This document shows positions 27,964 to 37,879 of a DNA stretch of 64,000 nt, in pieces; position 1 is the first letter of the stretch; each line of letters starts with the position of its first letter. The position numbers and the translations under genes were made by a program. The stretch is taken from positions 62,001 to 126,000 of IMG/VR virus record IMGVR_UViG_3300049793_000366. One strand, written 5' to 3'. A model generated the notes under the pieces. It did not search any database, was not told the origin of the DNA, and saw nothing but the letters and a program-made list of their open reading frames with translations.

Positions 27964-28281
27964 ATGGAAAAGGAAAAAATTGTGGTTCTCCAACTTTGGG
28001 AAGAATCAGAAAAGGGATGGGGAGTTAGACCAGATGGTTGCTCACTACATACAGACGTAATAGAATGCCAAAATCATATAAAGTCTATCTATAATAGTAG
28101 AAGTAAAGAAGTACCAAGCGAATACTCGCGTGTTTGTGGAAAACCTCTATACGTTCACGTAAGTGATACTTTATATAATTTAGTACAGAAGGATAAAACA
28201 GTAGTTTTACTTGAAAACTCGTTGACTAATTTAAAGGATCTAAGTGAAATTATCTACTTAGAACCTATTTTAGCTGGCTAA
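27964..28281 (+). CDS. Hypothetical protein
   Basis: Probable start MEKEKIVVLQLWEESE. Confidence 0.55.
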   Translation: MEKEKIVVLQLWEESEKGWGVRPDGCSLHTDVIECQNHIKSIYNSRSKEVPSEYSRVCGKPLYVHVSDTLYNLVQKDKTVVLLENSLTNLKDLSEIIYLEPILAG

Positions 28282-28807
28282 TTCTATTAATGAAGTCTTC
28301 GGTTATGATTATAAATTTCATACCCTTCTTCAAACTAAATTCTTCCATTGCCTTCCACTTGGATGAGTTTTTCTGAGCCATTTTAAACTGATACTCAAGA
28401 TTTTTTAATCTCTTTGAGTTTAGATTATTTGGTATGTGAAACTTACCCTCGTTGAACATTTCAACATCTTTAACCTCTTTCATAGGTTTAACTTCGGCTA
28501 TGACTTCTTTTATAGAACCATCAGCCGATTTTATTTTATAATAAAAATCAGGATAATATCTTCTGTGCTTTGTTCTAACCATCTGTGCATCTCTATCATA
28601 TTCTTGTGATGCGTATGGTATTTCGAGCCCTTCGGCACCCCACATTACAATTTCCTCTTTCATATCTAAGTAAATCATAATCTTCTTCTCCCAAGAACTA
28701 CGATAGTATAGACCACCCTTCTCATTTAGCTTAAGCACCTTGTTTTTGTTTTGTGGAACATATAGTCCACTATTATAATTAGCATTATTTGGCTTAGCGT
28801 TTAACAT
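28265..28807 (-). CDS. gp4: Head completion nuclease, gp4-like (TnsA-N / PD-(D/E)xK)
   Basis: YRSSWE, WGAE, RYYPDF, EVKP and KWKA motifs. Confidence 0.85.
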   Translation of the reverse strand: MLNAKPNNANYNSGLYVPQNKNKVLKLNEKGGLYYRSSWEKKIMIYLDMKEEIVMWGAEGLEIPYASQEYDRDAQMVRTKHRRYYPDFYYKIKSADGSIKEVIAEVKPMKEVKDVEMFNEGKFHIPNNLNSKRLKNLEYQFKMAQKNSSKWKAMEEFSLKKGMKFIIITEDFINRISQLK

Positions 28808-28837
28808 AGATTAAAACTGTTTTTTAATATATATTAT

Positions 28838-29533
28838 ATGGGAGTACTTCTACAAACACTTAAAGAGTCAGGAAAGAATTTACCGGCTACATATAAAGAG
28901 AATACAAATTACTTTGGATTAGCTTATAGTAAGGCTAACACTGATAATGGTGTAGTTAAGACTATTGATAAAGGTAAAATGCAAAAGGGTAGATTTTATT
29001 TTTTACACTACGCAGATGATTCCACTTGGATGAAGTATTCACCTATAATGACTGTTGATTTCAAAAGGTTTAATAATATGATTGTTGTTCAAGCAATTAA
29101 TCTAAACTTCATTCCGATGCAAATACGTGCCTTATTCTTTGATAAGTTCATAAAAAACTTCGAGAAAGATGACCAATTAAATTGGGTTAACTATCAGAGA
29201 GTATATACTGAGCTATTAAAGATAGGATATGAGTATGCACTTGTTGAATATAATCTTGCTATGGTTAAGACTGTACATAAGATTGATATATCTAATATTA
29301 ATCGATTTCTATATTCTGGTCACCCTAAAGTTAAATATGACCCCAAGAAGCTATATGAAATTTGGTCTGTCAAGATAGAAACAAAGCGAGAAAGACATGA
29401 AGAGATAATGAAATTCATGCTCGATGACTTCTATAAAATAGATGAAGAGATGCGAAGCGAATACACTGAGTTAAAAGGGCATATAGACAGAATACAGAAG
29501 AATTTAACCAAATACGGGGGTAGGTCTTTTTAA
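28838..29533 (+). CDS. DNA end-protector protein, gp2-like
   Basis: GRFYFLHY.D...YSPI...AINLNFIP..IR; located between gp4 and the portal. Confidence 0.7.
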   Translation: MGVLLQTLKESGKNLPATYKENTNYFGLAYSKANTDNGVVKTIDKGKMQKGRFYFLHYADDSTWMKYSPIMTVDFKRFNNMIVVQAINLNFIPMQIRALFFDKFIKNFEKDDQLNWVNYQRVYTELLKIGYEYALVEYNLAMVKTVHKIDISNINRFLYSGHPKVKYDPKKLYEIWSVKIETKRERHEEIMKFMLDDFYKIDEEMRSEYTELKGHIDRIQKNLTKYGGRSF

Positions 29534-29591
29534 TTATAAGTAAAAGGAAAACTGGAAACTAAATATATACCTAAAAATTAGCAAAAATTTA

Positions 29592-31331
29592 ATGGCCAGT
29601 TATAACCCACAGAACAATCCGCAAAATCAAGTTGTGACAGGGGGTGCCGCACAGAATCGCGGTGTTTTCAGTAGAATACTAAGAGATTTATCGTCGTGGG
29701 GAATGAATTATGATGACATGATTATCAAAAATTCATATGCTATTTCCATTAATGAAGATCCATATTCTCAAAAGGGATTTGGTATGTACGATTTCTTTTC
29801 ACAAAAGGCTATTGCCTCTATTATGGCTAAGAAGTCTATTCCTTATTTAGATAGAGCTTACCCAGATAAAAGAAGAATATTAAGAGAATATTCAATCAAA
29901 GATGAAGTACGAGATTTTGTTACTACAATAGCTGATGAGGTTATTATTTATGGTGATGATGGTCAGAAGTTTTGTAAGCCGAGGTCATTACCAGATGAAT
30001 ACTCTCAAGAAATTAAGAATAAATATCAAGAAGTATTTGAGAAGATATATTCTAAATATGGATTTAATGATGGTATATCTGCTTGGTACTATATAAAGGG
30101 ATTTCTTATTGATGGTTACTTAGCATTCGAAATCGTTTATGATGATAAATTCAAGAATATCATTCACTTTAACCAATTAGACCCAGCTACTCTAGTTCCG
30201 GGTTATGAACCAGCAACGGGTAAACATATTTGGATTCAATATCCAGAAGACCCACAGCTTAGAAAGATTCTATTAGACTCACAAGTTGTTTTCATATCAT
30301 ATTCAACACAAAAAGAATATTCTGAGACATCTTATGTTGAGGGATTAATTAGACCATATAATCAATTAAAAATCATAGAGCAAACAAGAATTATGTTCAA
30401 TATGTTGAACGCTATGATTTATCAGAAGTTTACAATTCCAATTACAGGTTTATCGCGTCAACGTGCAGAAGAGCAAATATCACAATTGATATCCGATTAT
30501 TCAGAAGAGGTTGAATGGGATGACTCATTAGGAACTGTTATGATTAATGGTTCGAAGCATTTACCATATAACAAACAATTGTGGTTCCCTGAGGGTGAAG
30601 GTGGGTCTCCTGCTTTTGAATTAGTATCACCAGAAGGACACAATCTAAATGAGTCTGATATGCTTACTTGGTTTTTTAATGCACTTAAGAGAGCAAGTAG
30701 AATTCCATTCTCACGATTTGATAAGGATAATGGTGGTGGTAATATATTCTCTGATGCATCTGAGATGACAAGAGATGAGGTGAAATTTTCAAACTTCATT
30801 AATAGATTAAGAACCGCTTATAGAGAGATACTTGTTAAGCCAATGAAACTTCAAATGATTATTGAATTTCCTGAGCTTATAAAGGATGAAATATTTCAAA
30901 ATGCTGTTGGTATCGAATTCAATTCAAATGATTTATTTGAAGAATGGAAGAAACTAAATAACCTACAGAAGAGAGCAGAGATTGTATCAAGTATGTTAGG
31001 TTCAATTCAAACAGCAGATGGTCAACCATATTTTCATGTTGACTATTTAGTAGATACAGTTTTAAAGTTGACTGAGGATGAAAAACAAGCTAACGCACGT
31101 TACAAACTTAAAGGTGGAGCAAATGCTACCGCTGGAGAAGGTGGCGCACCAGGCGGTGTAGGCGGAGCTGAACCAGGTGGACCTGATTTAGGTGGTGGTG
31201 GTGGAGCTGAACCAGGTGGTGACATCGGTGGCGCACCAGAAGAAGGTGGTGATGTAGGTGGTCCTGAACCGGGTGGTCCTGAACCAGGAGGTGATACAGA
31301 AGGTGCTGGTGGTGACGAATTTGAATTCTAA
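29592..31331 (+). CDS. gp20: Portal protein with Gly/Pro/Glu-rich C-terminal tail
   Basis: FLIDGYLAFE, LDPATL, SYVEGLIRPYNQLKIIE, WFP..EG, LKRASRIPFSRF, ITRDE-like MTRDEVKF; AATATATA at 29562-29569. Confidence 0.93.
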   Translation: MASYNPQNNPQNQVVTGGAAQNRGVFSRILRDLSSWGMNYDDMIIKNSYAISINEDPYSQKGFGMYDFFSQKAIASIMAKKSIPYLDRAYPDKRRILREYSIKDEVRDFVTTIADEVIIYGDDGQKFCKPRSLPDEYSQEIKNKYQEVFEKIYSKYGFNDGISAWYYIKGFLIDGYLAFEIVYDDKFKNIIHFNQLDPATLVPGYEPATGKHIWIQYPEDPQLRKILLDSQVVFISYSTQKEYSETSYVEGLIRPYNQLKIIEQTRIMFNMLNAMIYQKFTIPITGLSRQRAEEQISQLISDYSEEVEWDDSLGTVMINGSKHLPYNKQLWFPEGEGGSPAFELVSPEGHNLNESDMLTWFFNALKRASRIPFSRFDKDNGGGNIFSDASEMTRDEVKFSNFINRLRTAYREILVKPMKLQMIIEFPELIKDEIFQNAVGIEFNSNDLFEEWKKLNNLQKRAEIVSSMLGSIQTADGQPYFHVDYLVDTVLKLTEDEKQANARYKLKGGANATAGEGGAPGGVGGAEPGGPDLGGGGGAEPGGDIGGAPEEGGDVGGPEPGGPEPGGDTEGAGGDEFEF

Positions 31332-31359
31332 AAATAGAAAAAAGTGATATTTCCAAGTA

Positions 31360-31367
31360 AATATATA
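31360..31367 (+). promoter_or_regulatory. Late promoter core AATATATA
   Basis: Same octamer found upstream of most structural genes. Confidence 0.7.
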
Positions 31368-31392
31368 CTATACAGAAAAAATAAAAAAAAAT

Positions 31393-33666
31393 ATGAAACC
31401 AGTATTAATTGTAGAACACAACACTAGTTCACTTCGTCCTCTAAATGAGAACGCGACTGGGGAAAAAGATTGGATCTTAAGCGGAACGTTTACTGAATTC
31501 GGTGTAAAAAACCGTAATGAGCGTATCTATACTGCTGAAAAATTTCTTCCTTGTCTTAACGAATTGAACGAGCGTATTACTACTATGGGTGTAGTTTACG
31601 GTGAGTTCGACCATCCAGATGTATTTGATACATCTCTATCTAGAGCGTCACACCTTATCAAGTCTACACGCTATGTAAACGAGTCTAACAAAGTAGAAGG
31701 TGAAATTAAATTACTTAACACTTATTGGGGTAAAGAAGCTAAAGCATTAGTTCAAGACGGATGCCCAATCTTTGTTTCTTCAAGAGCTGCTGGTATCACT
31801 GAATCTGACGGAACTGTAACACTTAAAAAGTTATTTACTTATGACATTGTTGCTGATCCTGGTTTTGCTTCTGCTAAGATGGAAGTAAGATCCTTAAATG
31901 AATCTTTTGGATTTAATTCTAACGCAAACTTCAGAATATATGAAATGTCTAACGACTCAAAAATTAATGATTTATTCAATATGAACAAGAATGAATTTGT
32001 AACAAAGCAACAATTGACTGATTACTCTAAGTATTTAGTTAAGGAACTTGCTTCGACTAAAGAACAAGTTACCAAAGCTATTAAGACTGGAAACGTTGAG
32101 CCAAAGAAATTGGATCAAATGATGGAGTATTATGAGAACTTAAATACTACAAGTACACAAATTGTTAAATACTTAGATTATTTATCAGAAAAAGTACAAA
32201 TCGTAGTTAACGAAAACAATTCTTTAAAAGAAACTGCTTCTAAGCTTATGAAGCATAATGATTATTTAGCTGAGAACTTAGAAAAAGCAATTGGTTATAC
32301 TGAATACTTAGCTGAGAACTTAGATAAGAACATTGAATACTCTGAATATTTAGCGGAAAATTTAGATAAGAATATTTCTTATGCTGAATACCTTGCTGAG
32401 AATGTTGACAAAAACATTTCTTACTCAGAATATATTGCTGAGAACTTAGATAAAAACATTGCATACTCTGAATATTTAGCAGAAAACTTAGATAAGAATA
32501 TTGCTTACTCTGAGTATATCGCTGAAAATTTATCAAAAAACATTGACTATTCTGAATATTTAGCAGAACACGTTGATAATACAATTGCGTATTCTGAATA
32601 TTTAGCAGAACACGTTGAAGGAAACATCAAATACTCTGAATATTTAGCAGAGAATTTAGATGATACTATTGCATACTCGGATTATATCGCTGAGTCTTTA
32701 GATAAAACTATTACTTATGCTGGTATGATTACTGAAAAATTAAATGGTTCAAAATTAAATGAATCAATTGAAGGTGGTAAAATTTTAACACTTGAAGATT
32801 ATGGATTTGAAGCAGAAGAAGAAGTTCTTCCAATCGAAAACGGTCAAGAAGAAGGTGCTGAAGAAGAATTACTTCCACTTGAAGACGGAGAAGAGAATAT
32901 CGATGACGTTGATGGTGAAGAACAACCACAAGAAGGTGATGAATCAATCATCGCTAAATTACAAGACTTAAACGCAGAAGAAGGTGACTTATTAAACGCA
33001 TTAGCAGGTGAAGAATCTGTTGAAGGTGAAGAGTCTGCTGAAAATCTTCCATTGGAAGGTGAAGAAGCTCCTGCTGAGGGTGGTCAAGAAGAAGGTGCTG
33101 AAGGAGAAGAAGACTTCGACGGTGGTGCTGATGAAGACGAAACTCAATTTGAGTCCAACACGGATCTATCAAAACAAATAGATACTCTAATCGCAGAAGC
33201 TAAGAAACGTAAAGCTTCAGAAACAAGCGATTTACATTTCTTGAAATTTTTAAACAAGAGTCAAGCTGACAGTTTCAACAGCTTAACAAATGAAGAACGC
33301 GAACTTGTTACTGTGTACCTAAACGAAAACACGTATTTCTCAAGCGCAGATGTTCTACGTTTAATGAATGAAGCTCTATCGACTAAAAATGAGTCAATGG
33401 AAGAAAAGCTAATCAGATTGATGCCAGAAAACATTAAGCCAATTTGGGAGCAAATGAATGAATCTTCAAAGAAGAGCATTTTATCACAAGCAAGATTATA
33501 TCCTGACTTGAACAGTGAGCAAAAAGTAGAACACTTTTGGTTAACGAGAAACCTTAAAAAGAACGAGTCAACTAAGAAATTAGTATCTCACGAGGCTATC
33601 ATTCAAGAAGATAAATTATCTGACAATGAGATGAATTCTATCTTAGAAAGATTTAAAAATCTATAA
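31393..33666 (+). CDS. gp21: Prohead protease (gp21-like) fused to a scaffold/core domain
   Basis: NRNERIY, GEFDHP, VSSRAAG and YDIVADPG protease motifs; followed by a coiled coil, tandem 14-aa repeats and an acidic region. Confidence 0.9.
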   Translation: MKPVLIVEHNTSSLRPLNENATGEKDWILSGTFTEFGVKNRNERIYTAEKFLPCLNELNERITTMGVVYGEFDHPDVFDTSLSRASHLIKSTRYVNESNKVEGEIKLLNTYWGKEAKALVQDGCPIFVSSRAAGITESDGTVTLKKLFTYDIVADPGFASAKMEVRSLNESFGFNSNANFRIYEMSNDSKINDLFNMNKNEFVTKQQLTDYSKYLVKELASTKEQVTKAIKTGNVEPKKLDQMMEYYENLNTTSTQIVKYLDYLSEKVQIVVNENNSLKETASKLMKHNDYLAENLEKAIGYTEYLAENLDKNIEYSEYLAENLDKNISYAEYLAENVDKNISYSEYIAENLDKNIAYSEYLAENLDKNIAYSEYIAENLSKNIDYSEYLAEHVDNTIAYSEYLAEHVEGNIKYSEYLAENLDDTIAYSDYIAESLDKTITYAGMITEKLNGSKLNESIEGGKILTLEDYGFEAEEEVLPIENGQEEGAEEELLPLEDGEENIDDVDGEEQPQEGDESIIAKLQDLNAEEGDLLNALAGEESVEGEESAENLPLEGEEAPAEGGQEEGAEGEEDFDGGADEDETQFESNTDLSKQIDTLIAEAKKRKASETSDLHFLKFLNKSQADSFNSLTNEERELVTVYLNENTYFSSADVLRLMNEALSTKNESMEEKLIRLMPENIKPIWEQMNESSKKSILSQARLYPDLNSEQKVEHFWLTRNLKKNESTKKLVSHEAIIQEDKLSDNEMNSILERFKNL
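32254..32757 (+). repeat. Twelve tandem 42-nt (14-aa) coding repeats in the scaffold
   Basis: Consensus YSEYLAENLDKNIx from HNDYLAENLEKAIG to YAGMITEKLNGSKL; synonymous variation between copies. Confidence 0.9.
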
Positions 33667-33710
33667 TCTAAACAAAATTTCAAAATAGAAAAAAACGACT
33701 TTTTTGAAGT

Positions 33711-33718
33711 AATATATA
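33711..33718 (+). promoter_or_regulatory. Late promoter core AATATATA (major capsid gene)
   Basis: 31 nt upstream of the capsid start, in a context similar to 31332-31380. Confidence 0.7.
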
Positions 33719-33749
33719 GATATAGAAAAAACAAAAACAAAACAAAATT

Positions 33750-35426
33750 ATGTCACACATTAGAATAGACAAACAAAAAGCAATTAAGAAGTGGACACCT
33801 GTTCTTGAGAACATGGGAGTTAAAGATTCTGAAAGAATCGACTGGATGGCGGAATACGCTGAGTTCCACTCAATTAATGAAAATGCTTACGTTAATCAGC
33901 ATAACTTAGCTGGTTTAGGTAACGCTCTTTCTCCTCAACCTTCAAGCATCCCAGGTCAAACTATCGGTGCTTACACAACTAACGGTGGTGTAGTTGGTTC
34001 AGGTGATATCGGACAACAACTTTTACCAGTAGCGATGAAGATTGCTGCTCAAACTATCGGTCTTGACTTGGTAGCGGTAAAGCCAACTCCGGGTCCAAAA
34101 ATCGATTTATTATATGTAGATTTCGCATATGATGACACTCCAATGGGTGAAGGTCGTCCTCAAGTTTTCAAAGTAAACAACGCTTCTGCGGCTGCTATTG
34201 CTAACTTAAGAACCCTTATCACAATCGCTGGTGCGCGTGAAGTGCAAGGTGGATTAACTGGTGCTAAAATTTGGGTTTCTATCAACGCAACTGCGTCTGG
34301 TACTTTCTCTTACGGTGCAACAGAAAACTCTGCTCCTGCGAACAAAAAAGGATGGGTTGAATTCTTAGGTTTCTCTCGTATCGATGGTTATCCAATGTTA
34401 CGTGCTTACCGTCAGAACAACTACACAGGACAAAACAATTGGGCATATGACCAAACAGTAAATACATTCACTTCAACAGGTGATATCGCATCTCAAATCA
34501 CTATGATTTCTGGTGTAGCATTCTCTTCTGCTGCTGTAGAATTAATTTCTGCTCTTGAAGACCATATCCCAGGTTTCGTATCTAACTGGGCTGATAATAA
34601 CTTATCTCCAATGAACCGTAATGCTGATGAGAACTCTTATCCTGGTATTATTGCTCCAAGAGTATCAAGTAAATCAGTACAAGTTGGTACTATCGAAATT
34701 TCTTCTGCTTTAAAGCGTACAGAAATTGAAGATATCAAAGCTAACACAGGTATGGATATCGTTCAAAAGATGGAATCTATCCTTGTTAACGAATTATCTC
34801 AAACAATCTCTAAACAAATTGTTGCGAAGATTTTCGAAATGGGTGATTTAAACAGAGCTTCTGCTCCAACTTTAACTGCTACGGCTGGTATCGCGGACAG
34901 AACTATCTTCGACTTTGACGTTACAAGTTATTTAGCTACTAACGCACCAGGTGGAGAAACATCTCACGCAGTTCAACGTAAGTTAATCTCTAAGATTTTC
35001 AACGCAAGTAACTACTTAGCAACAGAAGGACGTATCGGGCCTGCACAGTTCGCTGTGACAAACGGTAACTTAGCTTCTGTATTAATGGATATCTCTGGAT
35101 ATACTATTAACCCAGCTAAGTCTAAGTTAAATACTGCTGGACAATTATACCCAGTTGGAACAATCGGTGATATCACTATCTACGTTGATCCATACATGAA
35201 GTATAACGACAACCGTATCGTTTTAGGACGTAAGAACAACCCTGACCAACCAGGTATCATCTTCGTTCCTTACTTGATGGCACAATCAATCAGCATCATC
35301 TCTGAAGCGACTTTCGCTCCAAGAATGTTACTAAGAAGCCGTTACGCGGTGACTGAAGTAGGTTGGTTCCCTCAAAAACAATATATGACACTTAAGGTGT
35401 ACGATGCAAATCAGAACCTTATCTAA
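33750..35426 (+). CDS. gp23: Major capsid protein
   Basis: W.PVLE start, AQTIGLDLVAVKP, ELSQTISKQI, GTIGDITIYVDPY, FVPY, TFAP...SRYAV; putative maturation site SINE/N. Confidence 0.93.
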   Translation: MSHIRIDKQKAIKKWTPVLENMGVKDSERIDWMAEYAEFHSINENAYVNQHNLAGLGNALSPQPSSIPGQTIGAYTTNGGVVGSGDIGQQLLPVAMKIAAQTIGLDLVAVKPTPGPKIDLLYVDFAYDDTPMGEGRPQVFKVNNASAAAIANLRTLITIAGAREVQGGLTGAKIWVSINATASGTFSYGATENSAPANKKGWVEFLGFSRIDGYPMLRAYRQNNYTGQNNWAYDQTVNTFTSTGDIASQITMISGVAFSSAAVELISALEDHIPGFVSNWADNNLSPMNRNADENSYPGIIAPRVSSKSVQVGTIEISSALKRTEIEDIKANTGMDIVQKMESILVNELSQTISKQIVAKIFEMGDLNRASAPTLTATAGIADRTIFDFDVTSYLATNAPGGETSHAVQRKLISKIFNASNYLATEGRIGPAQFAVTNGNLASVLMDISGYTINPAKSKLNTAGQLYPVGTIGDITIYVDPYMKYNDNRIVLGRKNNPDQPGIIFVPYLMAQSISIISEATFAPRMLLRSRYAVTEVGWFPQKQYMTLKVYDANQNLI

Positions 35427-35444
35427 TATAATGTTAGAAACACA

Positions 35445-35474
35445 CAAAAGTCCACTCTCAGAGTGGACTTTTTG
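35445..35474 (+). terminator. Intrinsic terminator after the capsid gene
   Basis: CAAAAGTCCACTC-TCA-GAGTGGACTTTTTG. Confidence 0.85.
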
Positions 35475-35528
35475 TTTGCACTATATTTTTAATTTCATCC
35501 GGTAATAATAAATTAATTATGGTCAAAT

Positions 35529-35559
35529 GTTGGAATCGACAAATAAATTATTAAATTTG
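35529..35559 (+). promoter_or_regulatory. Near-consensus Bacteroidota promoter
   Basis: GTTG-N19-TAAATTTG; an AATATATA also lies at 35598-35605. Confidence 0.5.
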
Positions 35560-35609
35560 CATAAAAATAGCAATTAGTAAAATTAAAAACAGCAATTAAT
35601 ATATAGTAT

Positions 35610-36959
35610 ATGATAATATTAAGCCCGGAATTACTAATGATTTTAAGCGAAATTGATGATGAAGTATCATCGGCAATTATGGAGCTTGATAGAAATGGTA
35701 ACATTGAAAATAGCCACGGTGTATCTAAAATAGACATATCTGATAAAGATTGGATGTTTGAAGTAACAATCGGTAAAAGAATTGGTAGTGTTAAAGTTGG
35801 TAGTTTGGTACGAGATTTCTTTGGTAATAGTCTTACACAGAAGCAAATAACAGAATTCACAGTTGATTACAACGAGATAAAGAATGAATTATTTAATTTT
35901 GGTAAGCCTGAAAAGAAAAAACTACCACCAAGAACACCATTACAAGTAGAGGCTAAGAAAGCTAACTATAATAATGTTAGAGAAACATTCTTATCATTGG
36001 TTACAGAGACATATCCACATGGACACGAAGAAGAAGTAATGCATTTGATGCCTTCTGATTTAGAGAAGGATATGTATGGTAACTACTATAAGATAATTGG
36101 TGATTCTGATGTTATGTTCACATCACACTTAGACACCGCCTCTTATAAAAAATCCAAAATTAATTTATTTACATATAAAGAAGGTGACGATGATATCATC
36201 TGTACTGATAATAAAACTATATTAGGTGCTGATGATAAGGCTGGTGTAGCTGTTATGCTGTATATGATAACACATAATGTACCAGGTGTATATTATTTCT
36301 TTATGGGTGAGGAAAGAGGATGTATTGGTTCATCATCAGTTGTATCAAACCTCGATTCATTTAAATTCCTAAAAAATATTAAAAAGGTAGTTTCTTTTGA
36401 TAGAAGAAATTATAACTCTGTTATAACTGTTCAAATGGGCGGCGAATGCTGTTCTAATGAATTTGCTGATGCTTTAGCGGCTGAGTTAAATAAGAATGGT
36501 ATGTCTATGAAGAAGGATCCTACTGGTATCTTTACTGATTCAGCCTGTTTTATGGATGATATGCCAGAGATAACAAATATATCAGTTGGTTATTTCAATG
36601 AACATCAAGATTCAGAGATACAAAACATATCATTTCTTGAAAGATTAGCAGAGGCATCAGTTAAAGTTGACTGGGCATCACTTCCGGTTAGAAGGAGAGT
36701 TGGTATATCACCTGACTTATTAAGTAAGTTTAAAGGCGTTATTTCAGCAACCAAAGCATATTCATTTGATGCTGAGAATCCAATTAAAGTAATTGGTGAT
36801 GGTGATAACGTTATCATTAAAATAGAAGTTGTTGAGCCATCATTTGATAAGTTCTACAAAGATATAATGGCATTGAATAAAATTGTAATTAGTAATAACG
36901 TTAATAGTGTAGTAACTTTTGACGAAAACCGAATGAAAATCAATATTAAAGGCAAATGA
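35610..36959 (+). CDS. M20/M28-type metallopeptidase with an N-terminal phage module
   Basis: FTSHLDT, LGADDKAGV, GEERGCIGS, SFDRR, TGIFTDS, NISVGYFNEH. Confidence 0.85.
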   Translation: MIILSPELLMILSEIDDEVSSAIMELDRNGNIENSHGVSKIDISDKDWMFEVTIGKRIGSVKVGSLVRDFFGNSLTQKQITEFTVDYNEIKNELFNFGKPEKKKLPPRTPLQVEAKKANYNNVRETFLSLVTETYPHGHEEEVMHLMPSDLEKDMYGNYYKIIGDSDVMFTSHLDTASYKKSKINLFTYKEGDDDIICTDNKTILGADDKAGVAVMLYMITHNVPGVYYFFMGEERGCIGSSSVVSNLDSFKFLKNIKKVVSFDRRNYNSVITVQMGGECCSNEFADALAAELNKNGMSMKKDPTGIFTDSACFMDDMPEITNISVGYFNEHQDSEIQNISFLERLAEASVKVDWASLPVRRRVGISPDLLSKFKGVISATKAYSFDAENPIKVIGDGDNVIIKIEVVEPSFDKFYKDIMALNKIVISNNVNSVVTFDENRMKINIKGK

Positions 36960-37321
36960 TAAAAAAATACCAAAAGTACGTCAATGAAGCCAATGGTGAA
37001 GACGCTGATATCAATGAACAAATGGAGCAACTTGAACATTTGCTTGGTTTATTATTTAAGAATTCAGGAATTGAAGCATATGATATTGAAGCCGATGGTT
37101 TGAATTTCAATATGTATGTGATGCTTTCTAAAACAGAAAAGTTATCAAATATAGTAAAGGTATTAGATGTTTGTAAGAAGCTACACACAGATGTTCTTAT
37201 TCAATATGTTGTTGAGTTTGATTTGTGGGAAACAAAGTCTGGCTTCCCGTTAATGACTATAAATTATATTATAGAGGACGAGGTAGATGATTCAGTAATT
37301 GTAAATGAAGAAGAAAAATAA
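36956..37321 (+). CDS. Hypothetical protein with capsid-targeting-like leader
   Basis: MIKKYQKYVNEA. Confidence 0.6.
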   Translation: MIKKYQKYVNEANGEDADINEQMEQLEHLLGLLFKNSGIEAYDIEADGLNFNMYVMLSKTEKLSNIVKVLDVCKKLHTDVLIQYVVEFDLWETKSGFPLMTINYIIEDEVDDSVIVNEEEK

Positions 37322-37326
37322 CAACT

Positions 37327-37346
37327 AACCCTCTAAAGAGGGTTTT
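37327..37346 (+). terminator. Intrinsic terminator
   Basis: AACCCTC-TAAA-GAGGGTTTT. Confidence 0.75.
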
Positions 37347-37399
37347 GTTTTTAAAACAATTATACATTTATTCGTATAAATTAAAAATTAGCAGTAATA

Positions 37400-37879
37400 A
37401 TGAAGAAAATCGAAACCGAAAAATCAGAAGACTTTGAAAAAATATTTGAAAGTTTCTCTAAGGAGAATTCTGATAATACTGTGGATAGCAGACCAATCGC
37501 TATTCACCACGTTGAGAGACAAAAAACATATTTATGGATTAGAGTTTACCTTTCAGTTGAAAGAGTAGATTTAACACCAAATGATGTAATTACTGTTACA
37601 TACGCACCAACCAATGAAAAGCTTAACGCTAAATTTGCGTGTTATGCTAAAAAAGGATTGGATAAAGATGGTGGTGAATTTATAAATGCTTACAATCCAG
37701 AAGATGATAAGAAGATATTATGTCTAATGGTTGATAGTGATGATTTAGGATTTCACATACCTACATTGAGTTCTTTATTCAAGAATACAATACATTATAA
37801 ACACCAACTTTTGAAAAGAAGTGAGTTAACATTTTCGTTTAAAAATTCTGATTTAGAATATTTCGATAGCGAATTTTAA
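37400..37879 (+). CDS. Hypothetical protein
   Basis: 159-aa ORF. Confidence 0.55.
   Translation: MKKIETEKSEDFEKIFESFSKENSDNTVDSRPIAIHHVERQKTYLWIRVYLSVERVDLTPNDVITVTYAPTNEKLNAKFACYAKKGLDKDGGEFINAYNPEDDKKILCLMVDSDDLGFHIPTLSSLFKNTIHYKHQLLKRSELTFSFKNSDLEYFDSEF

Noticed and set aside
31110-31331. Collagen-like domain in the portal tail
   Set aside because: Gly/Pro/Glu-rich but without a strict Gly-X-Y period; more likely a disordered acidic tail.
32254-32757. 42-nt tandem repeats as a CRISPR array
   Set aside because: There are no unique spacers. The repeats are in frame inside the scaffold ORF and vary mainly at synonymous positions.
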